Assembly: GCA_000182565.2 (NCBI GenBank)
Contig: KQ257458.1
Reading direction: 5' to 3' (one strand)
DNA length: 64,000 bases
Source of the DNA: Spizellomyces punctatus DAOM BR117
Taxonomy: Eukaryota
Below the pieces are notes generated by a model, which was given only the letters and a program-made list of their open reading frames with translations, was not told the origin of the DNA and did not search any database. Shown one piece after another: positions 1-12,801 of the stretch (positions are counted from its first letter, which is position 1; each line of letters opens with the position of its first letter). Made by a program: the position numbers and the translations under genes.

Positions 1-313
1 AATTGCTACAACTACTATGCTGCAGGTATGCATTGCCTTTGTATTCTCCCACACTTATTACCCAGTCTAATTCCCGATTTACCTGAGTATCTGAAACATC
101 CTCCGACTCAAGAACTTCGGAATCAGAGGCCTAGTAGGATTTCTCTCGTGGTGGTGGGCGCTAGTTACCCGGTTGACCAACCGTCATGTATTGCATATGT
201 AATTGGGCCTAGTGGTTATTAGTTAGCTAGTCAGCTTTTCACACAAGGGGATTAAATCGTCCGTCATTTGCCCATAAATGGGAACAAGCTTCAGGTGTTC
301 ATCGTCCGAACCA

Positions 314-522
314 CGCGCCTCAGCTAGTGTGGCGCGGTATGAGTTGCTCCTATGCGTCTACCAGCCACCAAATGGCTAGTGCAATGTCTTAAAGTCGGAC
401 GCGAGCGTTGCCTGACTTTCAACCTTTTTCCTTCAAGCTGGGCCCCGCGCGTTCGCCAATCTCGCGTTTTTTATACCCCCCAGGCTCAACTGTACATTCG
501 CGCCCTTTCCTCATCTTTCGCG
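314..522. promoter_or_regulatory. Cluster of CGCG-core elements (E2F/MCB/SCB-like) upstream of the B-type cyclin
   Basis: CGCG cores at 314, 333, 400, 446-451, 463, 499 and 519, including TTTCGCG (516-522, reverse complement of SCB CGCGAAA) and ATTCGCGC (E2F-like). Confidence 0.55.
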
Positions 523-933
523 TAAAGTAGTAATTGGTTGCCAGCAGCCGTCTTGGGGGGCCGTACTTGCTATCCACGCTATCTTTTCATTGAGTGCGAT
601 TCGTTGGTCTCAGCGTTTGATATCTGCGCAACACTGCATCTTCCACCCAGCAGCGCATAAAGGCAATCTACACACCTGCCCGCTCCAAAGCTGCTTTCCG
701 CTTGGTGCTCTTGTAAAGGTGGGTGTCCTGTCCAGCCTGGTTTCAAATTTGTGCACGGACTTGGCCCTACGGGGCGATGGTCGGGTAGTTGACTGTGAGC
801 AATATATCGCCGTCATCAAGTTGGGCGCCAGCTGTTGTTTACCTGCTTTGAACTTTTCAACTGACGCCGGTCTTCATTTCTTCGCGTGATGCAGCTGAGT
901 TGAATACTCTTCTTGAGACCTTCCCTTTTCAAG

Positions 934-2720
934 ATGATGCAGAATCAGGTAAGCACTATCGGCCCAAGTCATGTAGTATCATCTTCAATATGGCATATCG
1001 CATATATTGTGGTAGAGATCTGATAGTAGATTTGTGGATATTGATACTGACTTTTGCGTCTCCACGTCCAGCGCACCACCCGCAGCAGGGTTGCGGCCAC
1101 GAAAGCGCTGGCGCACGATGAGAACGCTGTGCCAAAACCGAGAGCTGCCGTTAAAGGCAAAAGCAGCGGCACAACCAAAGAAGCTGCGAAGCCAACGATT
1201 ACCAAGAAGACTCTTACCACGGCTGTTCCCAAACGAGCAGCCCTCGGGGAAGTGGCCTCGAATCAAGCTGCCGTGGTATGCACAGTGGCCTCATGTTGTC
1301 CGATGCATGATATTCGGATGCGTTCATGAAGCGTTAATCCGTCACATGGTCAATTGTAGAAGAATGATACGAAGAATACCCAAGTCCAACCGGCCAAGCG
1401 TGCTGTGCGCGCTCCTACGCAAAAGAAGGCTTTGTCGGTGGTTCCCGAAGTGGAAGAAAAGGTCAAGGAAACCACGGTGGTCAAACGCGAGGTCGAGACT
1501 CGCAGGGCCGTCAAGCTTGCTAAACAGGAACCTCCAGTGAAAGACTTAGTCAAGAAAGAGAACAATGCTGAGCCCGTGCCACATGTGAATCCCAAGCATG
1601 TTATGGTTGACGCTAGTGAGGCTCTTCCTGTCGCTAAAAAGGCTAAAACCGCTGCTCCTGCTCCTGCTCCAGCGTGGGAGGAATTCGATGCGGATGATGC
1701 GAATGATCCTATGATGGTTTCTGAGTACGTCAATGAAATCTTTGAGTACATGAGACAATTGGAGGTGCGTAAGATGCTTGGTTTTAAAAGTCATTGTCGC
1801 GTTGCAAAATTACTCATCAGATTGACCCTTCTTTCACTTTGTTTTATCGTTTTGCAGATTGACACGTTACCGGGATCAGATTACATGGACGAACAAAAAG
1901 AGCTGCAGTGGAACATGCGTAGCATTCTTGTGGACTGGCTCATTGAGGTTCACTACAAATTCCGTCTCCTTCCGGAAACCCTGTATCTGGCAGTCAACAT
2001 TGTGGACAGGTTTCTCACCCTCCGCGTTGTTTCCCTCGTGAAACTCCAGCTTGTGGGTGTCACGGCGCTGTTTATAGCTGCGAAATATGAAGAGGTTGTC
2101 GCACCTTCAATCCAAAATTTCATATACATGGCTGACGGCGGCTATACCGACGAAGAGATTCTCAAAGCTGAACGCTACGTCCTTCAAGTTCTAGACTTTG
2201 CCTTGCAGTACCCTAGCCCCATGAGTTTCTTGCGTCGATGCTCGAAGGCTGACCAGTACGACATCCATACTCGCACCGTTGCCAAGTATCTTATGGAAAT
2301 CTCCCTTGTCGATCACCGCTTCCTCGTCCATGTCCCCTCCAAGGTAGCTGCCGCAAGCATGTCCTTGGCCCGCCGCATGTTGGGTAGAGTCGCATGGGTA
2401 CGATCTTTCCGCATCTGCTTATGAATCCATTATCCGCTGCTAATTCATTTTCCCCATCATAGGATGCGCAATTGGAGTACTATGCGGGTTACCCAGAAGA
2501 AGAGATTGAACCGGCTGTGAACCTAATGATATCCTTCTTGGAGAATGAGTCCATGGTGGAAAAATGCTCTTCGTTGTTCAAGAAATACAGCGCACGCAAA
2601 TTCATGAAGGCATCAATCTTTGTACAAGATTGGATCAGCAGACGCAAGCAACCTACCAAGGTTCAAAGCACCGTGAAAGCCGAACGGGAGGAGGATGTAA
2701 AAGAGAACAGTGACTACTGA
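934..2720 (+). CDS. B-type (G2/M) cyclin, spliced
   Basis: Exon 1 ATGATGCAGAATCAG|GTAAGC; D-box RAALGEVASN; cyclin box MRSILVDWLIEVH, ETLYLAVNIVDRFL, LQLVGVTALFIAAKYEE; C-terminal FKKYSARKFMKAS. Introns include 949-1071 and 1765-1857. Confidence 0.95.
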
Positions 2721-3097
2721 GTGGACTAGGGGATTGGCTGGTTTGTCCATGGGACGCTTGGGACGGGACAGTATTTTATTATGCGGATGAGATTTTGTAA
2801 CGGATATATTGGTAGTCAGTTGTTTTCCTTGGAAGGAATTCCTTGTGTATATAATAAAGAGGACACAGGAAATGTCACACATCTGTAGGTTCCGGCCGTG
2901 GTGGCCGAAGATAGCGGTGGCCGCGTGGGGACAATTATTCTTGCAATAATGTTTTTTTATGGCATATGTCGGACGCTCTTGACTGCTCATTCGGACCCTC
3001 GATGTGTAAATTGCCATGGTAACGCCAAATGACTCATTCAACAGAAAGCCAAAACTGCTTCACCTTGTTTGGACCTATGCACAACGAGGCACATTCC

Positions 3098-5006
3098 ATG
3101 CTAGTCTTTCGATCACATGCCCGAGTGGCCACCAGGGCACTTTTATGTAAGGCTTGTAGAATATCTGCTATAAGACATGGCCGGACGGCTACTTTGGGCT
3201 CCAAGTCAAAACTTCTGGACTTCAAGAAGCAGCGGGTCCTACAGGAGTGGGCAGGCAAGAAAGGCACGGGAGCAAAGGGACAAGCAACGGAGACGCCGAA
3301 GGTGGTAACAGAGACCGCTGGTACTTTGGGCCTCGTCAATAATGGGGTATGATTAAAGAGATATTCCTCTCTATTCGATCGCTTGATTATTTAACTTTCG
3401 TCCACAGACCCACATGAGCTTTTCGGCTTTAGGCGTCCCACAGTCCCTTACTCGCACGCTCGGTAGTATATTCAATGCAACCAATGCGTCACCCTGCCAA
3501 CGGGCTCTTCTCCCTGCGATGCTTTCCCACAGCGACGTGATGTTGAAAGACACTACTGGTGCAGGGAAAACCTTGGGCCTCGTCGTAGGCCTTCTCAGCA
3601 AGTCCCACCCACCTTTACTGACACCTGCCACGGTTGATACCGACACTCCACGTGATAAGCCAAGACCACCCCACACAATCGAACCTCTGCACTCCCAACG
3701 ATACCTTCACACTCTTGTCATAGTCCCTACCCGCGAACTTGCCGTTCAAATCACAACCTGGATACGCGATCTATCCCCACATGTCTCACCATCGGATCAC
3801 TCAAAATTGGTCCAGTGCGTCGTGAGTGGCGTAGATGAAGACCTCCAGTTCAATTTTCTGCGATCTGAGACACCGCGCATTATCGTCGGAACCCCGGTTC
3901 GCTTACAATCCCTCTACAATCGCCGCGCTTTTGATGTTAGCAGACTGCAGACAATGGTGCTTGATGAAGTCGATCGGTTGGTGGAAGCCCGCGGACGCTA
4001 TGATACAATTAATGAGAGGTTCAAAAAGGTTGTACATCCAATGGCGGGAGAGCCGCTAGTAGATGCGATCCTCAAGGAGAGGAGGGCAGCCCGCCAAAGG
4101 GCGACGGAGAGCAAAAAGACAGGAGATCCCATGTTGAGGCAAATGCAGGTCGTTATCTGCTCCGCAACCCTCAACAACCCATTACGACGGAACCTTACCT
4201 TGATGCGAGGGTGGTTAAAGACCCCCATTTTACTAGACTTGAACGGAACATCCAAGGCACCTAGCAATATAACCCATCGCTGTCTGGTGGTTGACATGTA
4301 CGGTGGCGTAAAGCCCTTGGAATCATCCCAGGATACCAGCTCGCGCTCTCGACCAGAAACTGCAGATCCAGGCGATGAAGAGGAAGCATCTGCTCTTCCA
4401 GATGCAGCAGACGAAATTATCGAAACAATCAGTCGAATCTGCTATGAGGAGAAGGTGCAAAGTGGGCTGGTCTTCGTGCACACGTCCGTTTCCATGTCTG
4501 CTCTGGTTAGGAAATTGAATGCCATTGGGTTGAAAGCCGATAGAATACTGAACACAATTGATTATGAGAAATCCACTCTGGGAGGGCCCGGAACCGCAGT
4601 CAGGAATGTTGCTAGCAATGTTTCATCAGCAGCTTTCAACCGTGTCTCTGAGCCTTCTCGGGCGGACCCTACCACTCAACCAGAGTCACTGCTATCGTCC
4701 TCAGCAGAATCATCGTCTAGAGAGTCATACCATCGGCCTTTCGCGTCTTTTCTTTCTGGGCGTACAAAGCTTCTGACATTGACAGAGTGGGAAGCCCGTG
4801 GTTTGGACCTTCCCAATGTCACTCACGTGTTCATACTTGGACCTCCGTCTAGCCCTGCGAGTTACCTGCACATGGCTGGTCGGACTGGGCGATATGGGAG
4901 ACCTGGGCATGTAATTACATTACTGGGCGGGCGTAGATATTCAAGTAGGATGCAAGGTTTATTCCAACTGCTGCGGCTCCCATTAGAGAAGGCTACTCAA
5001 GCATAA
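3098..5006 (+). CDS. DEAD-box (DEVD) RNA helicase with putative mitochondrial targeting peptide
   Basis: Motifs TGAGKT, PTREL, GTP, DEVD, SAT, ARGLD, YLHMAGRTGR; Arg-rich, acid-poor N-terminus MLVFRSHARVATRALL; one intron ~3347-3408 joins the two ORFs in frame. Start codon uncertain (3077 or 3098). Confidence 0.88.
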
Positions 5007-5058
5007 CCCGACCATCGACCATGTATTATAAGATTCTATTTCGCTCTTGTATGCGCCG

Positions 5059-6733
5059 CTATCGCTTAGCAGATGTTTTACCCTTCTTCCCCGGTGACAC
5101 GCTTCGTTGACCTGAGGGATTTCCAATGCTTGGTTAGGGGCAAGATGTAAGTCCGTGGTATAGATCTAAGTTAGTGTCACCTTTAGGCGCTGTCTGCTGC
5201 TGCTGAGCGTATTGCACGAGACTCGCAATCATTTTGTTATGCATCTCGGCGTCCATAATGAGCTGTTCCTTTGAATCTAGCCAGTAATTTGCCTGGTCTT
5301 GCATTTTCTGGTGATACACTGTTAACTGTTGGACTAAGTCAGCCAGCTCTTCCACGCTCTTCTTGCGGATTTCATCTAAATAGCAACGGAAACATACAAG
5401 AACGGGCGATTCTGATCAGTATCAAAACAACAAGATAGAGCGAATTCTTGTCGCCACCTTCCGGTATATCGCATAGCTTCCGTGCTTCCGCCAGCTCGGA
5501 TTCTCTAGCGTCCTTCGGCAGTTTGCTCCTTTCTCTGTCTCCAGGCGACGCGTTATGGGACTGCTGTCTTACTATCGAGGTAGCTTGGCCTGGTCCTGAT
5601 GACGTACCATGGCCCAAAATATCTCGCCCGGGAGCGGATATCAATGGGCCCCCGGATGGCTACCGTAGGCACACCTGAGTATTGGTGGCACAACACGAGA
5701 AATGTAGTAACACACCTCTTCCACGTTGATGTTGATATCCCATGTAGCCAAAAACGCCTTGCGGATGTGGGACCTTCTCCAGCGAAACTTTATGCCCACC
5801 GTCTCAGTGAAGACAGTGTCCGATGAAAGCTTCTTCCATACCGCGTACCTAGAAAGAATCAAGTCCACGATATAGTATGAGATCTGTGAGAAATCATAAT
5901 CTCCTCTCCACCAACTCTAACTGGCATACCAAGCTTCATTCTGAAAGGCAGAATGTGGTGCTATCGTCTTTCCATTATTTGTACTGTCTCCACCTTCTGG
6001 CTTCCGTTCGTCTTCTTCAAAAAATGATTCAACGGGCAAATTGAACGTGGCAATTTCAGGACTTGGTGGAATCGGATATACCAAAGCCAATTGCTCGTTC
6101 AGCTCGTTTGAGCCAGACTTTAAAGACATTCCGCTGAGTGCACCCGTCTAAGAGTTTGGAAAGCATCGTTTGATGAGTTCACGAAGACAGGTAAATATAG
6201 CCGCGCAGATTCTATAGTATTCTAGTTCTGCCGAATTAACTCACCAGTATCCTACTAACACGGTGTTCCTCCTGGGCATCACCAGGAAGGTCTACTTCTG
6301 CTTCTACTGGACCAGAACCGTGTACGGTTTCTGGTGTCGCCATAAATTCTGCAGGGTGTGCAAAGTCTTCAAAATCACCAAAGTCGTCCACATCTGGTGT
6401 CACGGCGTCCGCTGTAACAAACTGGCTGTGGACGCCATGCCCCACGGTAGAAGGAAATTCGCCAAACTCCCCGAAATCGTCTTCTTCATCTGGCAGACCT
6501 GGTGCAATTGTGCCAGAGGGCGGCGGTGGGGGAAAAAATAAGGAGGGGTGTATGGTGTTGTTCTCATGTGCACTCTCATTTTCCGAGGCAATGTTCTCCT
6601 CAGCGTCACCAGACGCGACAACCGGGGTTAACCCGATTTCCGTCTTAATTGTAGAGGCATCGGTCTCTGAAGCTGCCTCGGACCCGTCAACAGAAACAGT
6701 AGAGTTGGCTACGTCGTCATTCGCTTGGTTCAT
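5059..6733 (-). CDS. DUF5102 / Laa2-like clathrin AP-1 accessory protein, spliced
   Basis: Acidic N-terminus with DDFGEF and DDFGDF gamma-ear-binding motifs; block FRWRRSHIRKAFL; C-terminal helix NYWLDSKEQLIMDAEMHNKMIASLVQYA; last exon ends at TAG 5059. Family assigned from memory; start uncertain. Confidence 0.6.
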
Positions 6734-7124
6734 CCTCACCAATCAAAAGCTGAGATCTTCTGCATGCTCGATGCGCCTTTCCATGTCGCGCACAGAATGG
6801 CTTACTAAGATCTCATATAACCAGATATGGCGTTATAGGGTTGCCCCATCCAAGATGGCCGAACTGCCTTGCTCATCTTTCCCACGCGGTCTCCCTTCAT
6901 CTTTCCACCCCATTTCTCATCGCCAACGTTCTTGCTCGCCGGATTGGGACGTCCGTTACAAGTAGGCTAGCTGTCGGCAAAGTTTAACACTAATACTTTG
7001 CTCGCCTCGGTGCTTAGCTGTCCAGCACCATCGCCTCGGCACCTGCCCATATGTAGGAGCTGTTGCCGGCTACTGAATCCTTAGCTGGAAGCTTACAGAT
7101 ACTAGTATCTTTGCGATACTTGTC

Positions 7125-10100
7125 ATGAAACGTGTCGGCCCAATGATGACACCTACTGGCTCCCCAGTCAAGCCCCTAGCGAATCCTGGAAAGGAGAACG
7201 CGACGAAGGACGGACCGGTGGGCGAAAACGCCACACTTAACCCTGCATCTTGGGACGGAGGACTTTCAAAATGGGTAAACACGGGAAGTTTGGTACGTCT
7301 TTAATTTAAGCCAGGTCATGCAAATCAAACCAACTGCTGATCGCTATGACGCGCAAATAGAAAGAGCAACTTCCCATTGGGTACACCTTGACAAGTAATG
7401 ACTGCTCAACAGCGGCTACAGTTGGCTCATTTTGTTTGAAAGTGAGTATGCGGCTCAGGTAGCTAGATGCAGGCAGTGGTGTCGAACGAGTAGTAAGGAA
7501 TCTGGCTTTTTACAAACAGGAGAATTGGAGCACACCGGCAGCAAGTCGATCGTTTGCCCCTCCAACTCCATCACGATCTCCGTACGCAAAGTCTCAGAGT
7601 ATTTTGAGCACTATAAACGCTGAAAGCGGTTCAGAGTCCGATAATATTGAATATCATAGATGCCCTGGAAGTCCGATGATAAAGCAGCATGGTAATTTTG
7701 TCGGTGATCCCATCGATGAAAACATTAAGCTTTTGTTGACCCCATCATTATTCAGTGAGTACTCCTCCTGCATCGCCGCTCTTACATGAATACATGATGC
7801 CTCCAGCGTCGTCTGGCCAGTGGTCTGGTTCTCTCGAGGTGATCCCGTCCGTAGCGGAAGGGTCCAAGGAGGCATCTGGCCGCAGCACTTCAGCTGCAGA
7901 TCTGGCAATGTTGACTCACGAGGGGCGCGGAGAGGCTGTGTTTTGGACGGCTAAGAAGACTCGTACCTTGGCATTGGACAACCTTCCGGTACATATGAGC
8001 TTGACAGAAGTGCACACCTTGCTACAGGTCAGAAAGCATATCGCGTAATGTACTTTGAATGTTTGGTTTTGATTTAGCTTCTCTGTATCTCCAGAGTTTT
8101 GGAGATCTACGAGATGTTTTTCGACCACAGCGCGGCCTTTATAGCGGCGCAGTAGCCATGTTTTTCGATTTGAGGAGTGCTTGCAATGCGTACACTGTCC
8201 TTCGGAACTCGTTCATTGGTGGTAGACGAAGTCTTTTGTATTTTGTGGATACAGATGCCCTGAGCACGCTCATGGATTGTGAGTCGTACCCGGACGCTTG
8301 CCTTCGAAATCAGGGGGCACTACTTTTGACAGGTTTTTCGTACCGAGATGACGATACCCTGCTGGTAGGTATGATGTTGTTCTTCGGCCTTACCTCTGCA
8401 ATGATAACGCGGTTACATAGCGCGTCTTGGAATCGCATGGGAATGTTCGGTCGATTGCGTTCTCAAATGTGGGCAGTCAAATTTCATACGTTGTAGAGTA
8501 CTTTGATACCCGTTCAGCAGATCAAGCCCTCCATGCTTTGAGCAATATCCAGTTTCAGGTGACACGACCCATTACAAAACAATAATGAAATCCACACTGA
8601 ACGGGGCTTTTTTTGTCATCAGGGAGGTGTACTTCAGGTTCGATTTCATCACTCTAGTGCAGTCAACCGTACGTCTCATTCTTTCGCTCGGGACTATGGG
8701 CTTGCCCTTCCAACGTCCATGTGGAAAGTGGGCTCTGTTCACGGGAGAATTCCGGGTCACTCGTCAATTGATTCCATCGACCTGCAACAAGAGAGTAAAC
8801 CGGAGGGAAAGGTAATTGCTCATACAGTCCATGTTTTCGGAGACGCCACCTCTGACCTTGTTGTAGCTTCCTCAACCAGGAAGGTCGCGCGTCCGTTCTC
8901 ATTTCCGGCCAAGAAGTTTAAAGATTGACACTTCGCCTTCCGCGATTCGACCGTCTCCCCTCCGACGAGCGGCATCCGCAAGTTCTGTGTCTGTATCAGC
9001 TATTCTGGAATCCGATGTGGACCAGGCTATATTGCAATCTGCGGTTGCAGGGCCTCAGTGTAAAGCTAGCAGATTAAAAAATGTTGCCCATTCTTCCCCG
9101 CGCATGTCACCTATGGCATCTCCCAAATATCTCATGGACACTACCGCCGTGCATTCCCCAGCCTCTGAACCTACCTCGCCATCAACCCCAGTGCCACCCC
9201 CGACCCAGCATGCCATCCCCACGGGCAACGAATTGAATCTCTATAACATAGGTACGATTGACCGTCTCTATCACCATGACACTTCACTAACTGCCATAGC
9301 CATGGGATATGACGCGAGAACCACATTTATGATTCGCAATGTAAGTGACCACGCGCCTGTAAATTAATCCGAGTAAAAGCCTTTAGCTCACCTGGTAATG
9401 CTGATGGTAGATTCCCAACAAGTATACACAGGTTTGAACTTGAATGCATCAAGTAATCAATCTGGAACTGTGCTGATTAACGAGCCATCGTGTCTGTCCG
9501 CCAGCAAATGTTAGTCTACTTCCTGAACAAGACCCACAAGGTACATGCGATTTATCAGTTGATGGTCTTTTTACCGCCTATCTTCTAAACAATTCTTGCG
9601 TTCAGGGACAGTACAACTTTTTGTACCTTCGGATGGATTTCAAAAATCGATGCAACGTTGGTTATGCGTTCATCAACTTTACAGGCCCCCCGGCTGTTCT
9701 TTCTTTTGCGGAAAGAGTGGTGGGCAAGAAATGGTGAGATCGAAGCCGCTTTTCGTGACAGAGGCGGGCACTCACCTGTTTTTCAGGTCTAAGTTCAATA
9801 GCGACAAGGTGTGTACACTCAGCTACGCAAATATTCAAGGACAAGACGCCCTCATCCAGAAATTCCGAAACTCGAGGTAGGCTTCAAGGATTGGGGGGAT
9901 TCTCTGTTTTTCTGCTACTAAGACTTGCAGATTAGCGTCATGTTAGAGGATCCCAGCTATCGTCCAAAGATCTTTTATACTGCGGGACCCTTATGTGGGG
10001 AAGAAGAACCTTTTCCCGAACCTACAACCGCTATTAGACCAAGATCTGATGTTTTATTTAGTCGTGATAATGCTGGAACACCTCATAAGCACCTCCGTCC

Positions 10101-10488
10101 GGATTCACCTGTGCCAGTTAGTGGAGCTACTCGTGGCAGCGTTACGTTTCCGCGCACGACGTCCTCGCCGACAGTAGCGCCCTCTCCATTTTCCGCTGCG
10201 TCGTCGAAATTTGTTCCGTCAAATGAGTTGGACTCACGGATTGACCCCAGAGATAACGCATTCTCGTGCTCGACCGCACTAGGCAACAAACTCTCCGCGG
10301 GCATTTATGACGATTTGGATCTTTCTCGGCTGAGCCTCGCTGGTTATACGGAAAGTGAAGAAGACGCCCGGGGGTTGAGACTCACAGGGCACTCGACGAG
10401 TTATCGCGGTTTCCGTGACCAAGGTAACTTTGAAAAATCGGACTTTCAAATTACCACGGATGGCTATGCTCCGTGGTCCTTGCCGTGA
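7125..10488 (+). CDS. mei2: Mei2-like RNA-binding protein (N-terminal RRMs + Mei2-type RRM3), many introns
   Basis: Spliced RRM3 reads RTTFMIRN-IPNKYTQ-QMLVYFLNKTHK-GQYNFLYLRMDFKNRCNVGYAFINF, then FNSDKVCTLSYANIQGQDALIQKFRNS and VMLEDPSYRPKIFY; earlier RRM: TRTLALDNLP, FGDLRDV, FFDLRSA. 5' exon structure uncertain. Confidence 0.85.
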
Positions 10489-10788
10489 AATGCTCAATAC
10501 GTTGTGGTTCTGGTTATGTAAATGGGTGGACATTCTTCTATACCCCTACTACGGATATATGTGCAGTTTTGAGGGATATACACGCAGTCTATTTGTGTGA
10601 GGACCTTGCGTGCATTGACTTTCCCAAATTGTTTTTGTAGTTAAGCGTTAGATAGAGGGACGAGCGTATATATGTTTGATAGCTTTCATCTGTATTTGAC
10701 ATGTGGTGATATTTGACGTCATTCGGGTTAACAAAGTTGACTTTGTTGAGCAATTATGCGAGTATGCATTGATCACAATGGATGACAA

Positions 10789-11558
10789 TTATCGCAGAAC
10801 TTTCCAAAAGTCCTCTGACACGAGGGTACCCCAGCATCTGGCTTTGAACACCTCGGATGTGCGCTCTCGTAATATTTCTTCCACTGTAAATTCAGCGTTG
10901 ATTGCGCGTGCCTGTCAACGGGTGGTCGCACCGATCAGAACCGTGAGCAAATGTAGCAAAACATCGAGCTACCTTTGCTTCATCTGCCTGTATTGACAAT
11001 TTCAAATCTATATCGTTTGGCTGTTCTTCAAGCTGTTTCCTCTTTGTCGCTATTCTTTCATCTGTCAGATGCTTGCACTTTGATATCAGCCTTATCGAAG
11101 GCAGGATGAGGATCTGATGGAAAGCAGATGCTATCAAAAAGATGATAAACCCACCTTTCTCTATGTCTATATGACTCATCAAGCTGCTCATAAAACGCCC
11201 GACATGACTAATGGGCGCTCTTTTGTTTATGTTGCTAGCCAGCGTTTTGTCACGGAAGGAAGCCACTCAAACCTTATTTAGATCTACAGAGCGTGTTGTC
11301 AAAGCGTTGAGACGTGGCACAACATTGTCGTCCAAAGTACGCAGATCCTAGGCAACAGCCAATCTTCAGCAACATTTAAAATCTTGGACGGAGAAGTGAG
11401 TAAACTACCTTTAACACTCCTGAAAAAGAGGGAAGAGAACATCAATGTTGGTCTTATTCTTTCTTGCGTAAACCAACGTGCCCTCAAGAAGGGTGACACT
11501 TACGCTTAAACAAAGAGAAATCTTCGCACACAGCAGGGTTTACGGTTGGGTCCATCAT
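10789..11558 (-). CDS. MIX23: Mitochondrial intermembrane-space protein MIX23/CCDC58
   Basis: Spliced peptides MMDPTVNPAVCEDFSLFK, DLRTLDDNVVPRLN, ERIATKRKQLEEQPNDIDL and AEFTVEEILRERTSEVFKARCW match the CCDC58/Mix23 pattern. Confidence 0.8.
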
Positions 11559-11767
11559 GCATAACGCTGGTATGTGCGGGAGAAGGATCTACAATTGGCC
11601 ATCATGGCTGTGCAGCATGTAAATCACGCGACTTTTGGAGTCAAAGCAAGTTCGAACTCAACCAACTGTAAGAATAAATGCGAAGTACATCGTCCTCAGT
11701 ATCAAACTCACACTTTTTGGTGCGACGTGTAAAGCAGACAGTCACATACGTTTTCCAGAGTCGTGGA

Positions 11768-12128
11768 ATGTCTACCCATCAGGGAGATGAAGTTATTTGG
11801 CAAAAAGCGCACGAAGAGGCGGTGGAGGTGCGTGGAAAGAGTACGAAGGTCTCCTCGACGCAGGGCCTCATGATTGCATTAGTGTGGAAAACAGACATAT
11901 ATAGACCCGAAGACCGGGTACTCCGTGTTTACGGAACTTGCTCACAAGAAGAGAGGCTATTGTTGCGGCAACACCTGCAGGTGTGAGCACAATTGAGTTT
12001 CAAGTTTGTCAAGCTGGCAACCTTTGATACATGAGTACGCCCGCAGGCATTGTCCCTTTTTGCATGAAAACGTTGGCAAACCTGAGAAAATTAAGGAACA
12101 GGCAGTGGCCGCTCGTCGACAACATTAG
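11768..12128 (+). CDS. Small DUF5522 (C1orf53-like) Cys-rich protein, 3 exons
   Basis: Spliced product ...KAHEEAVE-CGKQTYIDPKTGYSVFTELAHKKRGYCCGNTCR-HCPFLHENV...; stop TAG 12126-12128. An in-frame upstream ATG exists at 11678. Confidence 0.8.
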
Positions 12129-12801
12129 CACTGTCGTGGGTATCAGTCTCACGAGACACATAACCTGGCAGGCTGTGAGAGATACGAACGCGGTTGGTTT
12201 GGCAGGCAGGAGTGCGTGCTACCGTTAAAGGGGCACCTGATCTGCATGGACCCTATGGTTAGCTTTGATGCTTGTAGATGTCGTTGAGGACTTCCTGAGG
12301 TCCACACGACGTACAGTAGAATTAGATCGGACATCACCACATGCTGTATTGTCATATACTTGATGCGCTAGTGTGAAGAATCAGCGAGGTGGTATCGTGG
12401 GAGTCGGATAATGCAGTATATTAAAAATGAAACTAGTGATTCCAATAGATACTTGCGCACCGTTTATCGGTCATTTCTTCAACGACATTAACGTTTTCGG
12501 CATTGAAGGAAGTATTACTTTTTCGCGGGACCGCATCGTGGTCAATAAAAGCCACTTCAACAAAGACGGAGTTCACGCGAACTCGCGACCGTAATCATTG
12601 TTTCCTGTATCGGTAGCCGCGATGTTTAGAGCTCCCGGGTTTCGTTGGCGCATGTAAATAGCGTACTGGAGTTGTCAGTATCTTGCCTACATGTATCGAG
12701 TAGGATAAGAATAGCATATGCTCCAGATTTCAATTCCTATTATACAAAGTAATAAGCAGACCTATGCTATATAATGGAAACCACTACGTCCAACTCGTCC
12801 A

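Noticed and set aside
1-243. Possible LTR end at the window start (TAGTTAGCTAGTCAGC...TTCACA)
   Set aside because: Only compositional resemblance; no partner repeat or PBS within the window.
1765-1857. Apparent hydrophobic insertion in the cyclin ORF
   Set aside because: It is a 93-nt stop-free GT-AG intron read through by the ORF track.
12360-12720. Possible ncRNA or small gene between the DUF5522 gene and the TOM1 3' end
   Set aside because: No recognisable snRNA, snoRNA or tRNA motifs, and no convincing exon chain.
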